Origin: Octopus sinensis
Taxonomy: Eukaryota
Reading direction: 5' to 3'
Assembly: GCF_006345805.1 (NCBI RefSeq)
Contig: NC_042997.1
Span: 171,554,001-171,618,000, forward strand
Length of the DNA stretch: 64,000 bases
Below, in pieces: positions 36,951-50,065 of this stretch (position 1 is its first letter; each line of letters begins with the position of its first letter). The translations under genes and the position numbers were made by a program. The notes beneath the pieces were generated by a model. That model was not told where the DNA came from. It did no database searches and saw nothing but the letters and a program-made list of their open reading frames with translations.

Positions 36951-39441
36951 ACTTATAATAAAATATTCTTTCCTACTCTAGGCACAAGGCCTGAAATTTT
37001 GGGAGGAGGGAACCAGTCGATTAGATCGACCCCAATATGCAACTGGTACTTAATTTATCGACCCTGAAAGGATGAAAGGTAAAGTTGACTTCGGCAGAAT
37101 TTGAACTCAGAATGTAAAGACAGACAAAATACCTATTCTTTACTGCCCACAAGGGGCTACACACAGAGAGGACAAACAAAGACAGACAAAGGATACATTG
37201 ATTATATCGACTCAGTGCGTAACTGGAACTTATTTAATCGACTCCGAAAGGATGAAAAGCAAAGTCGACCTCGGTGGATTTGAAATCAGAAACGTAGCGG
37301 CAGACAAAATACCGCTAAGATTTCGCCCGGCGTGCTAATGATTCTGCACCTTGCCACCCTACTTATAATAAAATATTCTTTCCTACTCTAGGCACCAAGG
37401 CCTGAAATTTTGGAGGAGGGAACCAGTCGATTAGATCGACCCCAATATGCAAAGGACTTAATTTATCGACCCTGAAAGGATAAAGGTAAAGTTGACTTCG
37501 GCAGAATTTGAACTCAGAATGTAAAGACAGACAAAATACCTATTTCTTACTGCCCACAAGGGGCTACACACAGATGAGGACAAACAAAGACAGACAAACG
37601 GATTAAATTGATTATATCGACCTCAGTGCGTAACTGGAACTTATTAACGACTCCGAAAGGATGAAAAGCAAAGTCGACCTCGGTGGAATTTGAACTCAGA
37701 ACGTAGCGGCAGACAAAATACCGCTAAGCATTTCGCCCGGCGTGCTAATGATTCTGCCACCTTCCACCCTAATTATAATAAAATATTCTTTCCTACTCTA
37801 GGCACAAGGCCTGAAATTTTGGGAGGAGGGAACCAGTCGATTAGATCGACCCCAATATGCAACTGGTACTTAATTTATCGACCCTGAAAGGATGAAAGGT
37901 AAAGTTGACTTCGGCAGAATTTGAACTCAGAATGTAAAGACAGACAAAATACCTATTTCTTTACTGCCCACAAGGGGCTACACACAGAGAGGACAAACAA
38001 AGACAGACAAACGGATTAAATTGATTATATCGACCTCAGTGCGTAACTGGAACTTATTTAATCGACTCCGAAAGATGAAAAGCAAAGTCGACTCGGTGGA
38101 ATTGAACTCAGAACGTAGCGGCAGACAAAATACCGCTAAGCATTTCGCCCGCGTGCTAATGATTCTGCCACCTTGCCACCCTACTATAATAAAAAATATT
38201 CTTTCCTACTCTAGCACAAGGCCTGAAATTTTGGGAGGAGGGAACCAGTCGATTAGATCGACCCCAATATGCAACTGGTACTTAATTTATCGACCCTGAA
38301 AGGATGAAGGTAAAGTTGACTTCGGCAGAATTTGAACTCAGAATGTAAAGACAAACAAAAAAACCTATTTCTTTACTGCCCACAAGGGGCTACACACAGA
38401 GAGGACAAACAAAGACAGACAAACGGATTAATTGATATATCGACCTCAGTGCGAACTGGAACTTATTTAATCGACTCCGAAAGGATGAAAAGCAAAGTCG
38501 ACCTCGGTGGAATTGAACTCAGAACGTAGCGGCAGACAAAATACCGCCTAAGCATTTCGCCGGCGTGCTAATGATTCTGCCACCTTGCCACCCTACTTAT
38601 AATAAAATTTCTTTCCTACTCTAGGCACAAGGCCTGAAATTTTGGGAGGAGGGAACCAGTCGATTAGATCGACCCCAAATGCAACTGGTACTTAATTTAT
38701 CGACCCTGAAAGGATGAAAGGTAAAGTTGACTTCGGCAGAATTTGAACTCAGAATGTAAAGACAGACAAAATACCTATTTCTTTACTGCCCACAAGGGGC
38801 TACACACAGAGAGGACAAACAAAGACAGACAAACGGATTAAATTGATTATATCGACCTCAGTGCGTAACTGGAACTTATTTAATCGACTCCGAAAGGATG
38901 AAAAGCAAAGTCGACCTCGGTGGAATTTGAACTCAGAACGTAGCGGCAGACAAAATACCGCTAAGCATTTCGCCCGGCGTGCTAATGATTCTGCCACCTT
39001 GCCACCCTACTTATAATAAAATATTCTTTCCTACTCTAGGCACAAGGCCTGAAATTTTGGGAGGAGGGAACCAGTCGATTAGATCGACCCCAATATGCAA
39101 CTGGTACTTAATTTATCGACCCTGAAAGGATGAAAGGTAAAGTTGACTTCGGCAGAATTTGAACTCAGAATGTAAAGACAGACAAAATACCTATTTCTTT
39201 ACTGCCCACAAGGGGCTACACACAGAGAGGACAAACAAAGACAGACAAACGGATTAAGCCGATTATATCGACCCCAGTGCGTAACTGGAACTTATTTAAT
39301 CGACTCCGAAAGGATGAAAAGCAAAGTCGACCTCGGCGGAATTTGAACTCAGAACGTAGCGGCAGACAAAATACCGCTAAGCATTTCGCCCGGTGTGCTA
39401 ATGATTCTGCCACCTTGCCACCCTACTTATAATAAAATATT
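36951..39441 (-). repeat. Tandem array of six ~410-416-bp SINE-dimer units
   Basis: Units start near 36,951, 37,361, 37,771, 38,183, 38,595 and 39,009; the motif acttataataaaatatt recurs at every junction and at the right end. Confidence 0.95.
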
Positions 39442-40212
39442 GAAAATAAACCAAAATATCACAGTCTATTTGCACAAGCTTACAAAAAAAAATTTCTTAC
39501 ATTATGTGAATAGTTACCTGGGAGAGGTTACATCATCTCTTTATATCTTCATCCCCACCATAAAGAGGTAAAGACCCCCTTCAGTCAGGAATGAACATGA
39601 GATTGCACCTAGGAAGTTCCCCTCCGAGGCTTAAGTCTGGGCAAGGATATATTAAGTGCATTTTAACAATCAGTTAGTGAAAGCTAGAGCAGACAGCAAA
39701 GAACCTAAAGGCGGACTAGAGCTATGTCCATAGCATCAAGGGTAAAGGGTAAAGACCCTCTTTGTACTTGAATGACCATGGGATTACACCTAGGAGGTTA
39801 CCCTCTGAGGTACAGGAAGATTGTTTATGGAAGACCAACAGTCACCTATGCATACCAACCTCCCCTATTTACACCACCAATGTTATCCAAGGGAAAGGCA
39901 AAGGCTGATACAGCTTAGCACCAGTGATGTTGCAATTCATTTCTACAGGTGAGTGAACTGGAGCAAAGGGAAATAAAGTGACTTGCTCAAGTGTACAACA
40001 CACAGCCTGGTCCTCATGATTGTGAGTCCGACACTCTAACCATTGAGCCATGCACCTTCGCATTTCCAACATACACAACCCGTATCTGATATATGTCTTA
40101 CATTATTTAATGACTATGCTACCTTTGAGAAATATATTTTTTTAATTAACTAAATGAAAATTCTCTTAGAAAGATGAAAGGAATGTTAAATTTCCATTTG
40201 CTTATCAGTTAC

Positions 40213-40363
40213 TTGCAATGAGAAGATGACAAGAAAACCATAGTGATGATGCACCACGCTGGAAGCTGATCACCATAGCACAAAACATAATAGCTAAAAA
40301 TATAAGTTTTAGATCGTCTTTAGCCATTGTCTCAACTAAAATATAAACAACAATATAGCGCCA
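40213..40363 (-). CDS. Candidate exon with ATG (40,327) encoding a signal-peptide/TM-like N-terminus MAKDDLKLIFLAIMFCAM(VISFQRGASSLWFSCHLLIA)
   Basis: Strong acceptor ttctgattttttcttcttttag, ACAATGG start context, open frame, donors at 40,274, 40,255 or 40,213. Confidence 0.45.
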
Positions 40364-40536
40364 CTAAAAGAAGAAAAAATCAGAATATGTTACTCATATA
40401 GCATAGTTTAGTTATATTAAATTGATGGCTTCATACCTTATTCCAGTATATCGTCACAACACTGTAGTTACATGCACAGAATCATACATTTTCCCCTACA
40501 AGACCATTTACCACACCACCACCATCATCATCATCA

Positions 40537-40568
<32 letters not shown>

Positions 40569-41858
40569 ACCACCACACCACCATCATCATCATCATTTAA
40601 CGTCCGCTTTCCATGCTAGCATGGGTTGGACGATTTGACTGAGGTCTGGCGAACCACATGGCTGCACCAGACTCCAATCTTGATCTGGCACAGTTTCTAC
40701 AGCTGGATGCCCTTCCTAACGCCAGCCACTCTGAGAGTGTAGTGGGTGTTTTTACATGCCACCGGCATGAGAGCCAGTCAGGCGGTACTGGCAGCAGCCA
40801 TGCTCAAATGGTGCTTTTTATGTGCCACCTGCAGAGGAGCCAGTCCAGCAGCACTGGCAATGACCTCGCTCGAATGTTTTTTCACATGCCACCAGCACAA
40901 GTGCCAGTATGGCAATGCAGGTAACAATCATGTTTGAATGGTGCTTTATTCGTGCTCATCGGCACAGAGGCCAGCTTGTTGCTCTGGCAACAATCACGCT
41001 CATATGGTACTCTTAGCGCTCAACTAGCATGGATGCCAGTCATCAAATTATTATATCCTTCGGTAAATGTATGATGTAAAATACTTTGCTTTTTCTACAA
41101 AATATACTTATAGTTTTAGATGTAGGAGTGGCTGGGTGGTAAGTAGCTTGCTTACCAACCACATGGTTCCGGGTTCAGTCCCACTGTGTGACACTTTGGG
41201 TAAGTGTCTTCTACTATAGTCTCAGGCCGACCAAAGCCTTGTGAGTGGATTTGGTAGATGGAAACTGAAAGAAGCCCGTTGTATATATGTATACGTATAA
41301 ATATGTATGTGTGTGTATACGTTTGTATGTCTGTATTTGTCCTCCCAACATTGCTTGACAACCGATGCTGGTGTGTTTATGTCCCCATGAATTAGCGGTT
41401 TGGTAAAAGGAGCCCGATAGAATAAGTAGTTGGCTTACAATGAATAAGTCCTGGGGTCGATTTGCTCGACTAAAGGCGGTGCTCCAGCATGGCCACAATC
41501 AAATGACTGAAACAAGTAAAAGAGTAAAAGAGAGTTGTAAAACAGGAGTATTCCCTCTGTGAGAGTGCATCTTTTATGTTGTCAAATATGGTAATTCTGA
41601 GCATTGCTGCTTCTGTCTAAGTTCCCCAGATTGTCATGTGTTACTGGAAGAATTTAAAGATTGGGTTAAAGATGTGACAGACACAGAAGTAAAACATGCA
41701 TAAATAGGTACAGATGTGGCTGTATGGTAAGAAGTCTGCTTTCCAGTCACATGTTTCTAGGTTCAGTCCCACTTTTTGGCACCCTGGATAAGTATCTTCA
41801 ACTATAGCCTTACCCAACCGATGCTTTGTGAGAGGATTTGGTAGAAAGAAACTGAAGG

Positions 41859-41907
<49 letters not shown>

Positions 41908-42033
41908 TATGTATATATGTATGTATGTATGCATGCATGCATGTGTGTATGTATGTATGTATGTATGCATGCATGTATGTATGTATGTATGTATGAATGC
42001 ATGCATGCATGTATGTATGTATGCATGTATGCA

Positions 42034-42084
<51 letters not shown>

Positions 42085-42107
42085 TATACATACATACATA
42101 TGTGGAG

Positions 42108-42473
42108 GCATAATGGCCTGGTGGCTAGGACAGCAGACTTGCAGTCATAAGATTGTGGTTTCAATTCCCAGACCAGGTATTGTGAGTGTTTATTGAGCAA
42201 AAACATCTAAAGCTCCACAAGGCTCTGGCAGTTGGTGGTGGCAAACCCTGCTGTACTCTTTCACCACAACTTTCTCTCACTCTTTCTCCCTGTTTCTGTT
42301 GTACCTGTATTTCAAAGGGCCACACTGTGTCAAGCATCTCCCCGAGAACTACATTAAGGGTACATGTGTCTGTGGAGTGCTCAGCCACTTGCACATTAAT
42401 TTCACAAGCAGACTGTTCTGTTGATCAGATCAACTGGAACCCTTGTTGTTATAACCGAAGGAGTGCCATGACA

Positions 42474-42475
<2 letters not shown>
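42108..42475 (+). mobile_element. tRNA-derived SINE family D
   Basis: Homologous to the less decayed copy at 43,937-44,295 (tRNA-like head, gtttcgattcccagacc, ctccac.aggctc). Confidence 0.8.
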
Positions 42476-42525
<50 letters not shown>

Positions 42526-42658
42526 AGATGTATGTATATATACATCTATATATATCTCTTTTACTCTTTTATTTGTTTCAGTCATTTGACTACTACCATA
42601 CTGCCTTTAGTCAAACAAATCAAGTGATGGGGGTGGGGGGACAAACACAAACACACAA

Positions 42659-42698
<40 letters not shown>

Positions 42699-42937
42699 CA
42701 GGCTTCTTTCCGTTTCTATTTACCAAATCTATGCACAAGGCTTTGGGTGACCTGAGGCTATAGCAGAAGACACTTGCTCAAGGTGCCACATAGTGGGACT
42801 GAACCCAGAACCATGTGGTTGGTAAGCGAGCTACTTACCACACAGCCAACTGCTTTGAACAAAAATTCTAATTGTATTTTCCTTGTGCAGTGCATTTGCA
42901 CATTAATGAACAGTCTCTATACTATTTGTATACATAC

Positions 42938-42986
42938 CTTTAGCTGGCCAAAGTAGGTTGCTTTGGTGATGGATCAGTGTGTGGCA
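42938..42986 (-). other. Candidate 49-nt exon (possibly 5'UTR)
   Basis: tcatttctgttcttcag|TGCCAC...GCTAAAG|gtatgt; both sites strong. Confidence 0.4.
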
Positions 42987-44820
42987 CTGAAGAACAGAAA
43001 TGACCCCAAAATATTCTTTACTACTCAAGGTACAAGGCCTGAAATTTTTGAGGAGGGGGTCAGTCAATTAGGTTGACCCCAGTACGCAACTGGTACTTAA
43101 TTTATCAACCCTGAAAGGATGAAAGGCAAAGTCGACCTCGGCAGAATTTGAACTCAGAGCGTAAAGACAGATGAAATACTGCTAAGCATTTGGTCCGGTG
43201 TGCTAACATTTCTACCAACTTGCTACCTTGAAATGACTCCAAAATATTGATACCTGTTATTTTCTTTCAATTTTGGGCCAATTTTGTTTTGCCTAGCTTT
43301 GAGGTATACTGTGCTTTTAAATGCAATACTTCTTTAAAGGAGCTTATGCACATACCTCAATATTGAAAATATACCCATGTGTGTTTGTGTGCGTGTGTGT
43401 GTGTGTGTGTGAGCATGTGTTTATCTATATGTGTATCTATGTTTGTCTCCAATTAATGCTTGAGAACTGGTGTATGTCCCTATAACTTAGTAGTTTGACA
43501 ACAGTACTGGGGTTGATTTGTTCTAGTAAACTCTTCAAGGCACTGCTCCAGTGTGGCCACAGTCCAGTGACTGAAATAAGTAAAAAAAATACAAAACACA
43601 AAATATGTATACATATACATATGAAAATACTTATGTACACAACACACACACACACAGACAGATGCTTGTGTGCACACACATACACACACTTATACACACA
43701 CATGCACGTACACACACACACAAGTAGAATGGATCTCAGTTTTCACAAAGGAGGATTCCATTGTTCAATCAACAGAACTCCTCATAATATTATATTGCAG
43801 ATACTTGTACCTTTAATATACTTTCCAGGTAGACTCAGTCTATGACAAAGCTGACCCTTTGAATTACGATACAATCCTTCTGAGGGGTTTTTCGACAGAG
43901 TTTCCATCTACTGGCAAGGTTTATATATCAACCTGGGAGGCACAATGGCCCAGTGGTTAGGGCAGCGAACTCGCGGTCATAGGATCGCGGTTTCGATTCC
44001 CAGACCGGGTGTTGTGAGTGTTTATTGATCGAAAACACCTAAAAGCTCCACGAGGCTCCGGCAGGGGATGGTGGTGATCCCTGCTGTACTCTTTCACCAC
44101 AACTTTCTCTCACTCTTACTTCCTGTTTCTGTTGTACCTGTACTTCAAGGGGCCGGCCATGTCACTCTCTGTGTCACGCTGAATATCCCCGAGAACTACG
44201 TTAAGGGTGCACGTGTCTCAATTTCACGAGCAGGCTGTTCTGTTGATTCGGGTCAACCGGAACCCTCATCGTCGTAACCGACGGAGTGCTTCCATCATAT
44301 ATCAACCGAAGATTATTTATTGTAAAAGACATTTTCTGAAAGGCACCATGCCATGAAGTGAACTGAACCCAGAACTTCATGATTGAAATGCAAGCATGTT
44401 AACCACATGACAATATGGCTATTCACACACATAGCCATACACACATACACATGCACACGCACACACACACACAAATGCACACACACACATACACACACAC
44501 ACGCACAAACGCACACACACACACATACACACACACACACACATATGCACACTCACACACACACATGTAGAATCACGATTCATATATAAACAGATAATAA
44601 CTACACGAAAGTTAGCTAAATATAGGAGGTGGTCAGTCACTGTACTTTGGGAAGCCATATAAGATCTGGTTTGTTGATAAAGTAGATATTTTGATTGATT
44701 AGTTGATGACTGCTTATTGATTCTCCCCTCCCCCCACTCTCTCTCTCATTTTCCCTACATAAATAGTATATACGCAGACATGTTAATGTACCTGATATCA
44801 GTGTACCTTTAATCATTTAC

Positions 44821-45050
44821 CGTCAATCAAATATTGACTTCAGCTCAACAAGAAGCTGGACTGCTTAAACATCTTCAGCAGGCGAGAACCAACTATGTTT
44901 AATGAAGCTGATATTTCCAATGCAATGAGGTCGGTTGGTGATGTTAAGTGGAGTATTATGTTCGGTAGATTGGTAGGCAACAGAGTTGGGAAGAAGTAAA
45001 GAGAGAGAGAGAAAGAGAGAGAGAGAGATAGAGAGAGAGGTCACCACACA
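44821..45050 (-). other. Candidate non-coding first exon with CT-rich leader
   Basis: Unique, microsatellite-led sequence ending ACG|gtaaat; no long ORF on the minus strand. Confidence 0.25.
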
Positions 45051-46235
45051 GTATACAGTGTCCCCTCATTTGATAAATATAAAACTGAATGAGAAATTAT
45101 AGGCCTTCTCCTATTGGATGTAATGAATATTTTACTTTGCAATAGGAACGTCTGTCACTTTACCATAAGACAAGATAGAGTAATATTTAGCTTCCAATGA
45201 TTTGTACACTTAAATATATTGATTTCTCACTTTGCAAAAGTGGGTGTGAAGAGACGGCAGTGACATCTTTAGAGTAGACATGTAGACCCACAGATTATAC
45301 TTTCATTTGATTTTGAAGGGGCGGGGTATAACCAGATTAGTTTCCTTGTACACGAAGACAACAAGAACAACTATAATGGTAACAACAGTACCAAAACTTT
45401 CACCAACATTGATAAAATCTTGTGTTAATGAGCTAGCCTATATGTGTTTTCTCGACCTGTTAGAAACAACAGCCAAATCATCCCACAAATTATACCCATA
45501 ATTTTACCTCTTTTTAAAACTGTAGTGTGTAAACCTAAACTGAGATTCAAAGATACTGCAAAAAAGGAATATAAAGTGGAAAGGAATTGATCCTAAATGG
45601 CAAACCGAAGCAAAAAAAAAAAACAAACAAATAGTGTGGAGAAAGTTTATCAAGACATGCCAAAGTCATGAGAAGTCATTGTTGTGCCAACCAACTGCAA
45701 ATAATGAGTAACCTGAGAGAGATTTGACTGTTATTTCTAGTTAGTCAACAACTCTGTTGAAGCTCCCATTTTGGCTTATTGTGGTTACTGTTATTATTGT
45801 TGAGCCCCAGGTCAAATTTGATAAAGCAAACCTTTAATCAAAGGCATTTTAGCTATGATCACTGCATCTTTTCCCAATGTGCAGAGAAACCACGTTCATA
45901 TTATATAACGTGCTATATTTTTAAACAACAGAGTATAATTTGAGCATGATTTGGTTTCTATTTCTAACAGATAATATGTCCATCACATAGAAGTTCCCTT
46001 GTTGGTTTGTGGTAATTAGTGCATCGTAGTTATTTTCACAGCTTGCTGTCCTTTCTATTTCCCTTATTACTATTATTCATTTGTGAATGATTTTTCCCAT
46101 TGATACATCCACTATGGGATAAAGTGAATTATAACATCATTGATATATTATTGATATGACATGATATAGTCTGATATTCACAGATGAATTATAATAGCAT
46201 AGCTGTGATATAATATGTGATGCAAAAGACTTTAC

Positions 46236-46289
46236 CCTGTGTACAATGGATTGGGAAGTGAATCTATTGAAACACAGTGAGTTGTGCAT
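46236..46289 (-). other. Candidate 54-nt exon
   Basis: atttatctccattctgcag|ATGCAC...ACAGG|gtaaag; two frames are open. Confidence 0.3.
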
Positions 46290-48089
46290 CTGCAGAATGG
46301 AGATAAATCATCATCATCATCATCGTTTAACGTCCGTTTTCCACGCTGGCATGGGTTGGACAGTTTGACTAAGATCTGGGAAGCTAGGCGGCTGCACCAG
46401 GTTCCAGTCTGATGTGGAAGTGTTTCTACAACTGGATGTCCTTCCTAATGCCAACCACTCTGAGAGTGTAGTGGGTGCTTTTTTATGTTCCACCGGCACA
46501 GGGGCAGAGGGGGCTGGCAATGGTCATGATCAGATAGTGCTTTTTATGTGCCACTGGCACAGGAGCCAGTCAAGGCGACACTGGCATTGGCCACAATCGG
46601 ATGGTTCTTTTTATGTGCCACTGGCACAGGAGCGAGTTGAGGTGAAGGGGCTGGCATGACCATGCTCGGATGGTGCTTTTTACATGCCACCAGCATGGGG
46701 GCCACAACTACAATTTCCATTTGATTGTGATTTGATTTGATTTGATTTTGATTTTGATGTTGGCGTACTTGACTCAACAGGCCTCCTCAGTCATGGCATG
46801 TCACCCTACAATCCAAAGGTACTTTTGAGTGAGCTGGTGATGCGACACTGGTGTAGGTTACAGCTGTGAACTCACTTTATTTGCCGGATCTTCTCAGTCA
46901 CAGCATATCTCCAGAGGTCACGGCCTTTCATCATTGCCTCAAGAGATCAACGAAGTATTTAGCAGGTCAAAATTAAAAACAGCAGAAGCAACAATGATGA
47001 TGATGATGATGATGATGATGATTATGGTGATGGCAGCCTCTCTTCAGAAATATACGTTTTCGTTTCTGTCAAATATATGAAATGACAATATTAGTTGTTA
47101 TTTTGATTGGCTTAAAAAAATAAATATAAACAGCCATGGATATCAAATTAAACAAGTATATTAGCTCATTAGTAAAATATCTGAAGCATATGTTCATTAC
47201 ATTAGTTATAGTTTATCAATAATCATGTTGTTTAACTTAATGAATGAATGCTATTAACATTTAGCTGTCGTTTATAAAATTTATCATAGAATGTAACTAT
47301 AGAAGCTGAGTATGATTGTGGTTGGAAAGTATTAATTATTACAAGCTGTTTAATTACACAAAGTCAAGAATGTTTAAATGCATCTACAAACTGTCATACT
47401 ATGGAAGGTCTTTTAAGAAAATAAAAAATATTAAACATACTTAGGTTTGTTTATCTATAGATTACGAGAGGGTTGAAGACATAAATAATAAACCGATATT
47501 AATATAATAATATAATTAATTAAGTAATTAAGAAACAGTGTACATATCTTTATATTGATCAACTAGAAAGTACAAAGTAAATTTATTTAAATTAACTGTG
47601 AAGGATTAAAAGTAGATAATTAAATCTGCAGGTATTCAGTACACTGAATTTTAGTAAATAGATTGTATTTGGTAAATATGTTGTTTTGTAATTGTATAAA
47701 TTATCTTGAGTAGATTTAAATATTTTGTGTGAAAATAGACTAATTTATAAGAGGTGTGAAATAGATGAGCACAGTCTCTGCTTTACATGTGTAACTGTGG
47801 AAATATACAGCTTAGTTTCAATTACAGTGTAAGTCTCTAACAATTAATTATTTGTAGGTAAGGAGTTGCTGGCTATATGATGAGTGAAAGTTATACTAAA
47901 ACGACACATTAAGATTCAGTGGAAAGCAAAAAAACAAAAATATCGAAATAACAATGTAGTGAGTGTAGATCTAGAAGATGCACCACATTCACTTAATACT
48001 CGAAATGAATACTTTGAATAAGCTATGCATTTTATGTGTGTATGTGTGTGTGTGTGTGTAAATATATATATTATATATATATATATACA

Positions 48090-48261
48090 CAATTGCAGCA
48101 TGGAAGGTGTTTATAAGCCATTTAAGAAACACACAAAAACTGTTAGATTCACTTCAACATTTAAATTTAATTTGTCAAAATATTTTCGTCACGCTGAAGT
48201 GAATCTAACGGTTTTTGTACGTTTCTTAAATGGCTTATAAACACCTTCCATACTGCAATTG
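48090..48261. mobile_element. Foldback MITE / long hairpin (~70-bp arms)
   Basis: caattgcagcatggaaggtgtttataagccatttaagaaac...gtttcttaaatggcttataaacaccttccatactgcaattg. Confidence 0.85.
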
Positions 48262-48339
48262 TTTCCGTTCCAGCACACAATCTCAGATCAGGTCACTTGC
48301 TATGCAAGTAAATCTCCGTAATATATATATATGTATATA

Positions 48340-48399
<60 letters not shown>

Positions 48400-48599
48400 G
48401 TTTATATATACATATATATAAAGGCACAGGCATGGCTGTGTGGCTGTGTGGTAAGAAGCTTTGCTTTCCAACCTCATGGTTCCAAGTTCAGTCCCATTGC
48501 ATGGCACCTTGAGCAAGTATCTTCTGCTATAGACTCAAGCTGACCAAAGCCTCGTGAGTGGATTTGGCAGATGGAAACTGAAAGAAACCCATTGCATAT

Positions 48600-50065
48600 A
48601 TATCATCATCATCGTCGTCATTTAACGGCCGCTTTCCATGCTCGCATAGGTTGGATGATTTGACTGAGGACTGGTGAGCCAGAAGGCTGCACCAGGCTCA
48701 ATCTGATCCAGCAAAGTTTCTGCAGCTGGATGCCCTTCCTAATACCAATCACTATGATGGTGTAGTGGGTGCTTTTACATGCAACCAGTATGAGGGCCTG
48801 TCAGGCAGTTTTGGCAACAACCTTGCTCAAAAGGTGTTTTTTACATCCAACATGCATGGAAGCCAGTACGGTGGCACTAGCAACAATCACACTTGAATGC
48901 TCCTTTTTATGTGCCACCAGCACAGGAGCCAACCCATGCCCTGGCAACAATAATGCTTGAATGTGCTTGTAATGTTCTACTGGTATGAGTGCCAATCAGG
49001 CGGTACTGTCATCGACCACGTCAGCAATTTTGATTTTGATTTCATTTGCCCCAATAGGTCTTTGCAAGCAAAGTTTATTGTCCAATGAATGAGGGGTATT
49101 CATAATTGGGCTGGTGACACCCACTGGCATAGGCCATGGGCTATGGTCTCATTTGGCTTGTTGGGTCTTCTTAAACACAACATACCTCCAAAGGCCTCAG
49201 CTATTTATCATTGCCTCGGTAAGGCCCAATGTTTGAAGGTCGTGCTTCACCACCTCTTCCCAGGTCTTCCTGGGTCTACCTCTTTCACAGGTTCCCTCGA
49301 CTGCTAGGGTGTAACACTTTTTCACACAGCTGTCCTCATTTATTTGCAACACATGACCATACCATTGCAGTCGTGTCTCTTGCACACCACATCTGATGCT
49401 TCTTAAATCCAACTTTTCTCTCAGGGCGCTTACACTCTGTTGTGTATGCACACTGACATTAAACATCCAGCAGAGCATACTGGCTTCATTACTTGCAAGC
49501 TTTTGCATGTCCTCAGTAGTCATGGCCCATGCTTCATGTAGCATGGTTGTTCGTACACATGCGTCATACAGTCTACCTTTTACTTTGAGCGAGAGGCCCT
49601 TTGTCACCAGCAAAGGTAAGAGCCCTCTGAACTTTACCCAGGCTATTCTTATTCTAGAAGAAGCTGTACTCTGCACATTTTCAGTGTTTATAGCATCTGA
49701 GCATTTGCCACTTACAAAAACTATCTTTCCAGTTAGCCTTCCTTTGATATTGCTGCACTTCTTATGTGTCCATAGCTTACACTGGGTACATCTTATGGAG
49801 TTTTTACCTACTCCTTTTCTACAGATTGAGCAGGGCCATCTATCTGAAGGGATTTGTTGTTTGTCTGCCTTCCTACTTATTAAGACTTTGGTTTTAGCTA
49901 AGTTGACTCTAAGGCTTTTCGATTCTAATCCTTGCTTCCACACCTGAAACTTTGCCTCTAGTTCTGATAGTGACTTAGCAATCAGAGCAAGGTCATCAGC
50001 ATACAGGAGCTCCCAGAGGTATCCTGTCTTGAATTCCTCTGTTATTGCTTGGAGGACTATGATGA
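48600..50065 (-). mobile_element. 5'-truncated, internally deleted RTE LINE (RT YADD to 3'UTR)
   Basis: LLYADDLALIA..., a Cys/His finger, RIRIAWVKF..., RGRPRKTW; a SINE A copy lies at its 5' edge. Confidence 0.9.

Noticed and set aside
36951-39441. Array as CRISPR or as a hammerhead retrozyme
   Set aside because: The units are near-identical with no unique spacers or cas genes, and I found no CUGANGA...GAAA core in the unit on either strand.
41625-41700. + strand exon candidate CHVLLEEFKDWVKDVTDTE
   Set aside because: Isolated, with no compatible neighbouring + strand exons and a weak donor.
43937-44010. tRNA gene
   Set aside because: A- and B-box-like head that continues into a SINE body seen again at 42,108; no complete cloverleaf.
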